Part shown: in pieces, positions 37,146-47,155 of the stretch
How the letters are laid out: each line of letters begins with the position of its first letter
Position numbering within the stretch: the stretch's first letter is position 1
IMG/VR virus record: IMGVR_UViG_3300035070_002626
Location: 124,001-188,000 of that record
DNA: 64,000 nt
Strand: one strand, 5' to 3'
Notes under the pieces: model-generated
What the model saw: the letters and a program-made list of their open reading frames with translations, nothing else
What the model was told of the DNA's origin: nothing
Databases searched by the model: none
Translations under genes and position numbers: made by a program

Positions 37146-38198
37146 TTATCTACGAGCTCTTCCTAGACTGCCCATTTCTGGTTCTTCAACATCAACGTCT
37201 ATGTCTACATCAACATCGTCAACTTCAGCATCTACATCCATATCTGCATCAAAGCCAACTTCTTCTTCGGCACCGGGGACTACTGGTTCTTGACCAGTAA
37301 GTGTGCCTTGTGCACTTTCAACACCAAGTTTAGCAGCTTGTACTGCATCAACTAGTGCAGCTAGTGCTGCACTGGCTTCGTTGTTAAATGCTTGTGCTTC
37401 ATTTGTACCAACTGTGCTTGCAATACTAGTGCTCAACGCAGGCAAATCTTTAAATTGCATAGCAGTCACATCTTCTAGCATGCTTTGCATTCTGTCGACC
37501 ATATCCTGTGCAGCTAAAACAACTTGAGCTTGCTGTACTTCGTCTTCAGTTAAGTAACGACCATCCATTGTTACTGTGGTTCCTTCGTTGCGTAGCTTGT
37601 TTAGCACGGCGCCAGCAACACGCTGTCCTGCTGCTTTTGATCCATACTTCTTAGCAGCATTTTTAGCAATTTTAGCAAAATTCTTACCTGGTTTACCAAT
37701 GTCTTTGCCAGCGGCTGCCTTTTTAGCAGAGTAGTCATCTTTGGCTTCGGTTGTAGCAAGCATGCCCGCTAGCTGATCAGCTACTGCCTTGTCTGGACCA
37801 GCAACGGCTGTGCCTGCTAGTGCTTTTGTTAGCGATTGAGGATTTGTATTAAGTTTTTTAGCAAGTGCATTTTGTTCTGCTGGACTGATTGTTTGTTGAC
37901 TTTTGATTTTATCTAAGCTTTGCTTGACCATTGGATCTGCCATAGTGTTTTCGTCCATTGACAATCTGGCACTAAGTCCACGTTCCATGACCAGTAGTTT
38001 TAAGTACCCGGCATCTTTTTCACTAGTGTGCAACTTGCTGGTATTACGGTGCTCGCTCATTAAACTGCGAACTTTTTTCAGCATGCCTTTGGCTTTTTCT
38101 GGAGCCAATGTAGTGAAGTCAACTTTGTTGTGAAAATAACTTTCCATAACTTTTTGTGACTGTTTAGTTTGTGACGATTCCAGGTCAAATAGTTTCAT
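37146..38198 (-). CDS. Putative prohead core/internal head protein
   Basis: Several L/hydrophobic-x-E sites, basic K/A-rich insert, acidic tail ending LGRARR. Confidence 0.6.
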   Translation of the reverse strand: MKLFDLESSQTKQSQKVMESYFHNKVDFTTLAPEKAKGMLKKVRSLMSEHRNTSKLHTSEKDAGYLKLLVMERGLSARLSMDENTMADPMVKQSLDKIKSQQTISPAEQNALAKKLNTNPQSLTKALAGTAVAGPDKAVADQLAGMLATTEAKDDYSAKKAAAGKDIGKPGKNFAKIAKNAAKKYGSKAAGQRVAGAVLNKLRNEGTTVTMDGRYLTEDEVQQAQVVLAAQDMVDRMQSMLEDVTAMQFKDLPALSTSIASTVGTNEAQAFNNEASAALAALVDAVQAAKLGVESAQGTLTGQEPVVPGAEEEVGFDADMDVDAEVDDVDVDIDVDVEEPEMGSLGRARR

Positions 38199-38679
38199 TA
38201 TCAAATCCTTTTTGCTGACAGTATTTAGCAATGTTTATATATTTATCAATGTATTTCTGTAATATGTGATAACGATTCTTAGTATCATCTAACCTGTCAA
38301 TTGTGATATTTCTTTGTGTTTCGGTGATTTTACTACTGTTGATAAAACAGCGATAGTGCATCATTTCGCTTTGACGTCTAACTAATTCGTTTTCATGTTT
38401 AATTAATTGCTGCGCATCTGTTAATTTGCAATTTTTATCGTAAATGCACCAGGCAAGTGCAATTCTACTCGAGCTCACTGTTGTGATCAATTGGTTCTTT
38501 TTATAAATGTTGTATGAATGATTTTCTGTTTTAACAATTTGATAGTACTTGAATGCAGAAATACTATCACCACTTCTGGTAATAGCATTGTTGTTTTCTA
38601 ATAAATTTTCTTTTAAAATATCTGTTAATTTATTAACAGCTTTAGTTATGTACCGATGACGTATGTTATCAATAACCAT
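38185..38679 (-). CDS. Hypothetical protein
   Basis: ORF in a tightly packed operon; start uncertain. Confidence 0.6.
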   Translation of the reverse strand: MVIDNIRHRYITKAVNKLTDILKENLLENNNAITRSGDSISAFKYYQIVKTENHSYNIYKKNQLITTVSSSRIALAWCIYDKNCKLTDAQQLIKHENELVRRQSEMMHYRCFINSSKITETQRNITIDRLDDTKNRYHILQKYIDKYINIAKYCQQKGFDNETI

Positions 38680-38912
38680 CCGACTACTCCAATGAGAGTT
38701 GCAATTATACCAGCTCCCCAGCTGATTAGTTGGTCATTGCGGCGTTGGGTCATCGCTGCTACCATATCGTGCACTTCCTTGATCAACATCTCGAGTTGAT
38801 CAACTTTACTATTTACCGAAATGATCTGATGAGACATTAATTTATATCTCTCAGCACATAAGTCGACGTGCGCTTCTAAGCTTTTCTTTTCAATGGGAGT
38901 AGTGTCATTCAT
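38646..38912 (-). CDS. Coiled-coil protein with C-terminal TM
   Basis: LEAHVDLCAERY, coiled coil, C-terminal hydrophobic helix. Confidence 0.7.
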   Translation of the reverse strand: MNDTTPIEKKSLEAHVDLCAERYKLMSHQIISVNSKVDQLEMLIKEVHDMVAAMTQRRNDQLISWGAGIIATLIGVVGWLLITYVIGT

Positions 38913-38957
38913 AGTAGCCTCTAATATATTTTGTTGTAAATATTTATCAATTACAAG

Positions 38958-39407
38958 TTATTTTAAAGTTACCACTTTGAATTTAATATTAGATTTAGCG
39001 CCGTGTGTAATCAAGTAAGGAAATAAAAATCCTTCTTTATAGTGTTCTGTAAGCCCTACTATCATTGGAACACCGTGCATGTCGTTTTTTAGTAAGCCAA
39101 GTTCATCTTCACCGTCGTCGAATATACCAAGTTGTTCAACACAAAACGAAAGTTTCCAGTATTTGCTTTTCCCTAGAGTGGTACAAACTGGATATGTGAT
39201 GTCAATTGCTTGTGTTTTTAGTCCAACACACTGCAATATGGTTTCCCAATTGCGTTGTTGATTTCTACTGAAATTCCACTCATCAATTGTACTAATAGAT
39301 GTACCGACTTTGTTTATAATAGGTGTATCTTGTAGTTTTCGATGACTTGTTGTGCCGGTGCAAGTGCAGTCAAATACTGTTACTATTTCAATTAATTGCA
39401 TGTCCAA
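38958..39407 (-). CDS. Hypothetical protein
   Basis: 149-aa ORF, RNQQRNWET motif. Confidence 0.7.
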   Translation of the reverse strand: MDMQLIEIVTVFDCTCTGTTSHRKLQDTPIINKVGTSISTIDEWNFSRNQQRNWETILQCVGLKTQAIDITYPVCTTLGKSKYWKLSFCVEQLGIFDDGEDELGLLKNDMHGVPMIVGLTEHYKEGFLFPYLITHGAKSNIKFKVVTLK

Positions 39408-39444
39408 AGTCCAATACTACAAGCTGGTAATATTACTTAGCCAC

Positions 39445-39476
39445 AAAAAAACCCTAGTTACAAAAACCAGGGTTTT
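39445..39476 (-). terminator. Rho-independent terminator
   Basis: AAAACCCT/AGGGTTTT stem with T-tract after the 39501 gene. Confidence 0.6.
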
Positions 39477-39500
39477 AATGAATAAACTTAAATTAAGTTA

Positions 39501-39758
39501 TTATGCAGATGGGTTAGCGAATGTTGCTACTAGTGAGATACCAGTGACTGCTTCTGCGCCACCCGGGCCGCCTTGTACAGCAACGTGGTTGCCGTCTGCA
39601 ACACCTTCAACAGCGGCAATTGTGCCACCATATGTTGTTGTGATTGCTGTGCAAGCGGCTGCTACTGTGATATCTCCAGTTGCTACTGCATAGATGTAAG
39701 TTGTTGGACCAAGACCTTGGCCTTGCTTAACTGTTGCGTTTGTTGAAATTTCAGCCAT
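39501..39758 (-). CDS. Small A/G/T-rich protein, possibly a capsid decoration protein
   Basis: AGGAGA RBS, TAAATA upstream, own terminator. Confidence 0.65.
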   Translation of the reverse strand: MAEISTNATVKQGQGLGPTTYIYAVATGDITVAAACTAITTTYGGTIAAVEGVADGNHVAVQGGPGGAEAVTGISLVATFANPSA

Positions 39759-39815
39759 TTTATTTCTCCTAAATAATGGTTGGAACAATACTGTCCCTAC
39801 TTTTATTTAGCACGT

Positions 39816-40748
39816 TTACGAGATATCGAGTGTTCTCAGTCTTTCATAGCTTTCGTTCTGAAATCCACGTTCACGCATTTGTAGCATGAGTCGATCTACA
39901 ATAACTTTCCTGTCCTGCGGCTTTGTACGATCCCAATTTCCAATTTGTCTACGCATTTGTATCAGTGGAGCTGGTAGATAATCTTGCATTTCTCGTTGTA
40001 ACATCAACATCAAATAATTATAATCGCCAGCATTATATTTGTTTTTTGCTATTGCTCTTAGATTACGCTTTAACCGCAACTCTGGCACACTCACTTGCAC
40101 ATCTTGTACAATTTGATCGTCGAAGCGGTCTGGGTCAACCATAATAGTTAACACATTGTAAAGGTCTGGCTGGCTGGTACGAAACCCATCAAAGTTTTGT
40201 AATCTCATAATTTGTGCAGCTTGTTGTGCTGCATAAGTAGGGTCGCTTTGTGCAAAAATCTGCAATGCCAATAACTGTTCGAACATCAGTTCAGCAACCT
40301 TGCTCATTTTAAGACCAGTTAGTTGCTTCATTTGTCGCCACATGCGACTTTCACTGAGCTCGTGAAATATGCTTGTCTGCTCAACTGCAAATTCTTTGTT
40401 AGGAGTCTTGAAATCTTTTTTACGCATCACAGTTTTAGCAATCAAATCTAGTTCTTGGTTTGCACTATCCCACACAAGTGCAAACGGCACATTAATATCC
40501 GATGATAAATCTTTCAGCACCGCTTGTGCATCTGGTCCTAGTTGTGCAATCGGCTTGGCATACTTTTGAAATTCTTTTTTAAATAGTATTGCCAGCTCTT
40601 GTATTGTGATTTGCCGCACGTTGCGTTCATCATTTACACGATCTAGAAAGTGTCTTGTAAACTCAACATCGATTCCTACTTGGGCAAACACTTTATCAAG
40701 TGCTTTTTCTAGTGCATCAAGTTGTATTTGTGTTACTGGCTGATCCAT
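39816..40748 (-). CDS. Two-domain protein with an N-terminal RegB/RelE(BECR)-like RNase domain
   Basis: VEFTRHFLDRVND resembles T4 RegB LKYSQHLLDRAI; KTVMRK at the domain end; LSE linker. Confidence 0.5.
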   Translation of the reverse strand: MDQPVTQIQLDALEKALDKVFAQVGIDVEFTRHFLDRVNDERNVRQITIQELAILFKKEFQKYAKPIAQLGPDAQAVLKDLSSDINVPFALVWDSANQELDLIAKTVMRKKDFKTPNKEFAVEQTSIFHELSESRMWRQMKQLTGLKMSKVAELMFEQLLALQIFAQSDPTYAAQQAAQIMRLQNFDGFRTSQPDLYNVLTIMVDPDRFDDQIVQDVQVSVPELRLKRNLRAIAKNKYNAGDYNYLMLMLQREMQDYLPAPLIQMRRQIGNWDRTKPQDRKVIVDRLMLQMRERGFQNESYERLRTLDIS

Positions 40749-42628
40749 TAGTTTTGCCCTGGATTATTTTGTGCAAAGTTAGCTTGCGAAAATCTCATAC
40801 GATCCACAAACTTCATTCCTGCCCCTACATATCCTTCATGACCGGGTTCGCCTGCAATGTCGGCTTTTACATCTTGGTCTTGTGCATCCAACTGTCGTAC
40901 CAAGTCATTTTTAAGTTGACTGATATTTAAAAATCCACTGAACAATGCCGCAACTGCGCTTTTATTTTGATTCATCCAGTCAATGATACGAGCTGCCTTG
41001 GTCGGCTGTTTTTGTTCAATCCAGGGACCAAAGTCTTTGATCATGTTTTTATAATTGCCGCTGCGCACTTTACTGTTGATATATTGCTTTATTAATGCTG
41101 GTGTGTTTGTTATCTTTCTGCTGCGCAGCTCACCTGGGGCAAAAAATGCATCAATTTCGGGTGCATAGTTGTTGTAAATATTTTCCACTTGTGCAATTAA
41201 ATCTGCATTTAATTCAATTTTACTACCAGTGTCTTTCATAGTTGGGTCGAGTATGAGAACACCCGGTGCTTTGTTTAATACTGCACTGGTAATAGGAGTT
41301 GCAGGACCGCCAGGGCCGTCAATTGATGTGTGTACTGCAACACCTGCTTCACTATTACCAACTGCCTTTCCAATTGGTGTGTTTGCACCAACACGATATG
41401 TAACAGTGTTAGGAGTAAAAACATACATACCATCTTCCAGTGGAGGAGTATCGCTGTACAACAAATCACCTTGCACATATCCGCGGAAGTCTTTGGGCAC
41501 TGTGCGACTTAGCAACGGAAACAATTTAGCATACACTGCAATTAGATCTGTTCTATCACCTTTGCGCATACTCATAATACGTTCAATATCTTTTGGAGAC
41601 TTGGCTAGGCCGTTGTAGCCTTTTGCAAGGAACCCTGACTTATCAGTAAGCACAAAGTCTCCTGTGCTGTCTCTACCAAATATAACTGCTGGCTTACCGT
41701 CCCATTTAATAGTGTTTGTTTTAGCAGGTTCTGCGGCAGCACGTTTGAGACCTGCAAGTGCTTGTGTAAGACCTTTACTACCGTAATCAAAGATTAAGTC
41801 TTCAGGGTGTTCAATTCGCACACCTTCGGTTAGTTTGTAAGGTGTGTATGGATTTTCAGTGATGACTTCCATGCCCTGATATACAATTCTATCACGCAAC
41901 CGTGCAAGCCAAGCAGTTCCAGATTCGTTTACTTCTTCAAAAGTAAACCCTTCTCGTTCAGCGTAGCCGCGGAAATCATCTAGTTTAGCATCACGTTGCT
42001 TGTCTGATTTAAGTTGAGCCATAATAGATTCTACACTAGCTAGGTCATCTCTGTTTGCATTTTTATTTAATAACAGTGTGGCAATTTTATCTGGGTCATC
42101 AGTTATAAATGCATTGTCTTCCCTGCGGTACAATCCCGAATTTTGATTAAGTTTAAGCCCTGCCGCTTTTGCAATACTATTAATGAGTACATTTCGTGTT
42201 GCACCCTTGTATTCACTGTTGGGATCACTGCGCAGTATAAACTTGCTAAACGCTGGCTTTTGCACAAACATAAAGTCAGTTTGCACATATCCGCGGTCTT
42301 CTCGTCCTGTGATAGGTGTTTTAAAATGCACACTAATGCCGCTTTTCTTTGTCCACTCTATTGGATCAAAACCGTGACTGGTTGCCCATTGTGTTAACCT
42401 GTTACTGAGTTCTTCTTTGCTCATAACTGTGCTGTCAACTGCAAGGTCTAAATCACCAGACGTTGGTTTTTGTCCTGTGCTTCCCAGCATGTTGTCCATG
42501 AGGGGCAGGCCAGTTAGTTGTTCAAGCCAGGCCACAGTTGACTTAACATCAGTTTGGTTAATGCGCTGTGTAGCACTTGCACCATCAGAATCTTTAAAAA
42601 CGTTGCCGCCTTCTTTGAGAAGTTTCAT
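40748..42628 (-). CDS. Fusion of a Pol-beta-type nucleotidyltransferase and an RNA-ligase-like domain (DUF6267-like)
   Basis: LGSTG.K..SGDLDL and VQTD; then IEHPED, KWDG, QGDL, EGYV, MKFVDR ligase-type motifs. Confidence 0.7.
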   Translation of the reverse strand: MKLLKEGGNVFKDSDGASATQRINQTDVKSTVAWLEQLTGLPLMDNMLGSTGQKPTSGDLDLAVDSTVMSKEELSNRLTQWATSHGFDPIEWTKKSGISVHFKTPITGREDRGYVQTDFMFVQKPAFSKFILRSDPNSEYKGATRNVLINSIAKAAGLKLNQNSGLYRREDNAFITDDPDKIATLLLNKNANRDDLASVESIMAQLKSDKQRDAKLDDFRGYAEREGFTFEEVNESGTAWLARLRDRIVYQGMEVITENPYTPYKLTEGVRIEHPEDLIFDYGSKGLTQALAGLKRAAAEPAKTNTIKWDGKPAVIFGRDSTGDFVLTDKSGFLAKGYNGLAKSPKDIERIMSMRKGDRTDLIAVYAKLFPLLSRTVPKDFRGYVQGDLLYSDTPPLEDGMYVFTPNTVTYRVGANTPIGKAVGNSEAGVAVHTSIDGPGGPATPITSAVLNKAPGVLILDPTMKDTGSKIELNADLIAQVENIYNNYAPEIDAFFAPGELRSRKITNTPALIKQYINSKVRSGNYKNMIKDFGPWIEQKQPTKAARIIDWMNQNKSAVAALFSGFLNISQLKNDLVRQLDAQDQDVKADIAGEPGHEGYVGAGMKFVDRMRFSQANFAQNNPGQN

Positions 42629-42637
42629 GCTTTTACC

Positions 42638-43180
42638 TTATTTGTTTTTTTCAGCCGCAGCAACTTTTGCTGCCAGTGCCGGATATCTCGGATCGGTTGG
42701 TAGTATTCCACCAATTGCAGGAAGCTTGGATTGCTTGGTTGCTTTGGCTTTTTGTCCCGGTACCGGTGTCGGGGCAACTGGTGTTGACTTTGCAATTCCT
42801 GTAGCAATGCTGCTAGGGCGTTTTTTCTTTTGTCTAGCAATGCTTTTTGCAATAGCAGCTTTTTCAACTTTTTCTTGGCGTGCTTTTTCTAACTTTTCTG
42901 GGTCCATGCCTTGTTTTTTCATTAGCTGCGATTTACGTGCTGCCTGTTCTATTTCTTTTTGGTTAGCATCCCATGTTGCTTGAGGATCAGCTGCTGATTT
43001 CTTTACACTAGGCTTAGATGGATCATAGTCTTGTATTTTTTTGCCAAGATTACTAAGTTTATCTAAACCTGTAGCAACACCAGAAACAGCTTTCCCGGCT
43101 TTTTTAAAAAATTCAATTTCAGATACTTTTTCAAGTTCTGCTAATAGATTTTCTTGTATTAGTTGTGCTTTACTTTTCAT
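42638..43180 (-). CDS. Lys/Ala-rich hypothetical protein, putative internal head protein
   Basis: LIQE/LLAE/VSE sites; low-complexity basic body. Confidence 0.6.
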   Translation of the reverse strand: MKSKAQLIQENLLAELEKVSEIEFFKKAGKAVSGVATGLDKLSNLGKKIQDYDPSKPSVKKSAADPQATWDANQKEIEQAARKSQLMKKQGMDPEKLEKARQEKVEKAAIAKSIARQKKKRPSSIATGIAKSTPVAPTPVPGQKAKATKQSKLPAIGGILPTDPRYPALAAKVAAAEKNK

Positions 43181-43430
43181 TTGTACGCCTTACCGATCTA
43201 GAAAACTTGCCAGGATCTCGTGCTCGGATGGCATTTAACAATTTGCGTTGTAAATTTTCAGCTTGCTCAGCAGTGTATAATTCTTCAATTTGTTCCATCA
43301 GGCGCACTGCGCTAGCAATAACATTACTAGCACGACTCTCGACAACATATTCACGTTCTTCGAGTTGTTTATAACGCTCATTGTAAATGCCATCTAGCTC
43401 TTCAAAGATGCTGCGAGTCTTTTTTTGCAT
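43170..43430 (-). CDS. Hypothetical protein
   Basis: AAGGA RBS, TAAATA upstream; first gene of a late operon. Confidence 0.7.
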   Translation of the reverse strand: MQKKTRSIFEELDGIYNERYKQLEEREYVVESRASNVIASAVRLMEQIEELYTAEQAENLQRKLLNAIRARDPGKFSRSVRRTNEK

Positions 43431-43454
43431 GACTTTGTTTGTCCTTTTTAGTAT

Positions 43455-44045
43455 TTATGTATATTTAAAAAGTTGTTGGTTTTCTGTTTCCCAGACTGCT
43501 TCGCTAAACCTTTTTAGTGTCCACATATTTTTTTCATACAGGTAACTGTTTTTTTCTTTCCAGATTTCCCATTGAGCATTATTTGTATCAAATAATTCGT
43601 GATCGCCTTCGATTAAATCAATTAATTCTATACTTTTGCACCCTGAGCGGGCTTTAATTATTTTTGGTATAGCATATGTTTTTGCTAATTCTCTTATTTT
43701 ATCTATCGATTCTGGTGTAGTATCTTCCGTCCAATTTGGATGTAGAAACTTATAACATCTTAAAAATATTATATACCGACTGTAGATGTTCTCTGTAGTA
43801 ATGATTAATTTTTCGTCAAAAAGATCAAGTGGCACGTCTTCGATGTGTGTATGATACCAAACGCCTGGTTTGGTTGTACGGTAGCCTTCGTGAAAAAGTT
43901 CAATGGTTTTAAGGTCTTGGTGCTCATAACTATCTACACTGCCGTCCAGTCTGGGGTTCCATTTGATTTGCTGATTGTTTAAAATAGTAGTAACAATTCC
44001 GCCGCATGCAAAATCAGTGGCTATTAAAATATTTGGTAATTTCAT
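43455..44045 (-). CDS. Hypothetical protein
   Basis: 196-aa ORF; N-terminal ACGG motif similar to 53500-54162. Confidence 0.65.
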   Translation of the reverse strand: MKLPNILIATDFACGGIVTTILNNQQIKWNPRLDGSVDSYEHQDLKTIELFHEGYRTTKPGVWYHTHIEDVPLDLFDEKLIITTENIYSRYIIFLRCYKFLHPNWTEDTTPESIDKIRELAKTYAIPKIIKARSGCKSIELIDLIEGDHELFDTNNAQWEIWKEKNSYLYEKNMWTLKRFSEAVWETENQQLFKYT

Positions 44046-45090
44046 GGAAGGTTGTATCCCATTGCAGATTTCGCCATTTGTCTAATGTGTTTGCCCAATT
44101 AATTGCTGATTCGTGCTCAGTATACGGATACTGACTTAACATGATGGATATTTCATGCTCACTTCCGTACCTTTCTTTTATCTTTTTTCGCAGTGCAGTT
44201 GGTGTTTTTTCAATTCCTATAGTACCGTGGCACGGGTGTATATTAAAATCACTAGGATCACCAAATCTATTTGTCGGCATTGTATCCCTGTGCCACTCTT
44301 TTATTTTATCATAGTAAAAGACGTTGAAAGGATTTAACGTATGTTCTATGCCAAACATAACATTTCCCGGACATTCCGCTACGGCTTTACTAACCAGCTT
44401 TTCAACTGTTGAAAATTTTGCTGGCCAACGCAAATATTCAAATTGTTTGCCTACTCCGTCGATACTACCAATCCATTTAACTAATTTAAAACGTTGCCAC
44501 TGTGCTAGTGTTTTATCCGAAGGATACAATGTGTAATTGCTGGTATACTGTATTGTGATGTCTTGTGGGTTGTTAACAAGTTCTAGTATTCGTAAATGAG
44601 TATTATTCATTAATGGTTCGCCGCCACCAAACTTGATATACCTAAGGTTTGTAGTATCCAGTGTTTCGAACCAACTTACTAGTTTGTCGTCGGTGTTTGT
44701 GCCTTTTCGATCCAACACTTTAATGTTCTCTACGCCATTTCGAACGTTTTCGTCTTGCCAGAAACTGCTACTATTGCTATCACAACTAGCACAAGCAAGA
44801 TTGCATTGCTTGGTAACTGCGATAGTGAGCATCTGCAACCCATCATTGTCTGTCATTAAATCAAAACCAGCTTGCCTGTAGCTGATTTGTTTTTGTTGTT
44901 CTTGATGTATGCAAAGACTGCAAGTTTTTGTTAAATCACCCGAGTTCCACTTTTCTCTCAACTGAGGCAAGGTTGAAAGATCGTGTACACTCTCATTGTG
45001 CGAGAAATAACAACACGGACTGACAGTAAAATCTCCGCCAAGGTTGTTGATTGCAAGTGCACTGCTCAGATGTCTACAAAATTGGGTCAT
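44014..45090 (-). CDS. Radical SAM protein with an N-terminal SPASM/twitch-like domain
   Basis: CNLACASC, GGEP, SIDG; N-terminal C..PCC..C..C. Confidence 0.9.
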   Translation of the reverse strand: MTQFCRHLSSALAINNLGGDFTVSPCCYFSHNESVHDLSTLPQLREKWNSGDLTKTCSLCIHQEQQKQISYRQAGFDLMTDNDGLQMLTIAVTKQCNLACASCDSNSSSFWQDENVRNGVENIKVLDRKGTNTDDKLVSWFETLDTTNLRYIKFGGGEPLMNNTHLRILELVNNPQDITIQYTSNYTLYPSDKTLAQWQRFKLVKWIGSIDGVGKQFEYLRWPAKFSTVEKLVSKAVAECPGNVMFGIEHTLNPFNVFYYDKIKEWHRDTMPTNRFGDPSDFNIHPCHGTIGIEKTPTALRKKIKERYGSEHEISIMLSQYPYTEHESAINWANTLDKWRNLQWDTTFHEITKYFNSH

Positions 45091-46493
45091 CCGTTTTGTT
45101 TAATTCCTGCCAGCATTTGTTTGAGCTTGCTGCTCTGTACATCGGCTACTACCTTGGGAGCATCCTGCGGCATGCTGTCAGTTACATCTTTTTGTACCAT
45201 TTGACTTTTAGCTTTAATGCCTGCTAATATAGTGCTGCCTTGTGTTCCTGCACCTGATGCTGCTTCATCATCATCCAATCCAGTGATCCTCAGACTTTCC
45301 ATGTCAAACTCCAAGTCAATCTTTTGCCCAACACCACTACTGCTTCTAGTTTTCATTGCTTGTATTTGATAGCGCCCACGTTCTTTCATTGCTCTACTTG
45401 TAAAAATACCAAACACATTGTCTGCTGTGTTAATCTTACTAATACCACCCGAAATATGCGAATGATCAAATTCAATTTCCTCAACAGCACTTCTGTTCAA
45501 CTGACTTGCTGTAACAAATAATATGTTTAATTCACGTGCCAAGTTGCGCAGTTCTTCACTTACATACTTGTCTTTCACAAACAAATCATTTGGACTAACT
45601 TTTGCACTCACTGGCATAAGCAAGTCCAGGTAGTCAACCAACATAAAGTCAATATCTTTGCCTTGTTTAATACTAAGTTCTTTTACAAATGCACGAATAT
45701 CGTTAACAGTGCTTTGTGCTGGCATGTATTTAATCTGCAGATTACCTGCTTTTTTGCCTGCCATCTTGACTTTCATTTCAACAGTGTCAATATCTTTAAA
45801 CAACTGTTTGCTGGGTGTTCCAGTTAACATACTATCAAGTCGCATGGCTGTCAAGCCCTCACTAAGCTCCAATGTAATGTAAGTCCCATTGAGCCCAGCT
45901 TCCATCCAATTAACTGCCAAGTTTTGCATAAACAAACTCTTGCCCGATCCTGATCCGCCTGCAAAAATTTGTAGTTCGCCTCTATTAAAGCCGCCATACA
46001 ACAGCTTGTCCAAGTTTTTCCAGCCTGTGCTGTTCTGTCCATTGTTGTCTTTAAGTGCCGACAGCCTGGCTTTGGGATCTTCAAAGTAATTTGTTCCCAA
46101 GTCTTTTGTTAAACTTATCTGCACAGCATCTTTGATTAGTTTTTCAACAGGCGAGTACTCGCCTTTTTCCAACAAGTCTGCACTTTGTAAAATTGCACGT
46201 TCAAGTTCTTGCCTGCGAGTAAAGCTTTCAAACTCGCCTAAAAACCAATCAGTGTGCCCACTGTTGAGATCGGGTATCTCCTGTAAATCAACACCGGTAA
46301 CTGCCTTTACTTGCATACGGTCCGGAAGTGTTTTGTGCTCATTTGCATGGTCATAGATAAACTCAGCAGCTTCACGCAGATCTTTATCAAAATTTTCTTT
46401 GTTGAAAATGTTTTGTACACGCAAGTAACTTTGTGCATCTTGCATTGCCATTTCTAAGAATAATTTTTGTACTTCATATGTATATTCAGTCAT
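45087..46493 (-). CDS. Replicative DNA helicase (T4 gp41/DnaB-like)
   Basis: GGSGSGKS, TLELSE, VDYLDL, TASQLNR, KTRSS. Confidence 0.93.
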   Translation of the reverse strand: MTEYTYEVQKLFLEMAMQDAQSYLRVQNIFNKENFDKDLREAAEFIYDHANEHKTLPDRMQVKAVTGVDLQEIPDLNSGHTDWFLGEFESFTRRQELERAILQSADLLEKGEYSPVEKLIKDAVQISLTKDLGTNYFEDPKARLSALKDNNGQNSTGWKNLDKLLYGGFNRGELQIFAGGSGSGKSLFMQNLAVNWMEAGLNGTYITLELSEGLTAMRLDSMLTGTPSKQLFKDIDTVEMKVKMAGKKAGNLQIKYMPAQSTVNDIRAFVKELSIKQGKDIDFMLVDYLDLLMPVSAKVSPNDLFVKDKYVSEELRNLARELNILFVTASQLNRSAVEEIEFDHSHISGGISKINTADNVFGIFTSRAMKERGRYQIQAMKTRSSSGVGQKIDLEFDMESLRITGLDDDEAASGAGTQGSTILAGIKAKSQMVQKDVTDSMPQDAPKVVADVQSSKLKQMLAGIKQNG

Positions 46494-47155
46494 ACTTTTA
46501 ATTTATTCCTTATTTGGTCAGCTACGTGTTTATGTGTTAGCGGCCCTGGATGTGATCCGTCCTCGGCTACGTCAAGTTTGTTTTTGTACATGCTATCCCA
46601 AGGATCGATCCACAAATCCCAATCTACCAATTCCATGTTGTTTTGCATTTGTTCAACAAATCTATCATGGTCACTGCTAGCATCCTGCACTAGTTTATTC
46701 ATCCAGTCTATGCTGTCGCTCCAGCTAATCAATCCGTTAACAAACAACAGTTTTACATTGTGACTGCTTGCTTGATCTTGTAATATACGGCAAAAGTCTA
46801 TTAGTTGCATTATATTACCATAATCGTGATTGAGCAACTGATATTGGACAATAAACTTGTCATTAGTTGATATTGCATCTTGAGTCGATCCAAAATAGAT
46901 ACCTCGGTCTGGTGCTGGGTAAACCCAATGCCGATGGACAGAACTCCATTGTACAATATATATATCAGCTAAGTTGTCAACAATTGCTTTGCTTGTGTGT
47001 AAAAATATTTTCAAGTTACTTGCGCCACCGCTAGCATCATTGATATGATCAGTTGCAATCAAGTTAGGATATATTCTAGCATCGGCTTTTTCGTTTGTAA
47101 AGCCAGCACCTTGGGTGATACTACATCCATTAAAATAGAACTTCATACTAGCCAT
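46490..47155 (-). CDS. SGNH/GDSL-like hydrolase
   Basis: FNGCSIT, GASN, VQWS..R, DGSHPG. Confidence 0.7.
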   Translation of the reverse strand: MASMKFYFNGCSITQGAGFTNEKADARIYPNLIATDHINDASGGASNLKIFLHTSKAIVDNLADIYIVQWSSVHRHWVYPAPDRGIYFGSTQDAISTNDKFIVQYQLLNHDYGNIMQLIDFCRILQDQASSHNVKLLFVNGLISWSDSIDWMNKLVQDASSDHDRFVEQMQNNMELVDWDLWIDPWDSMYKNKLDVAEDGSHPGPLTHKHVADQIRNKLKV

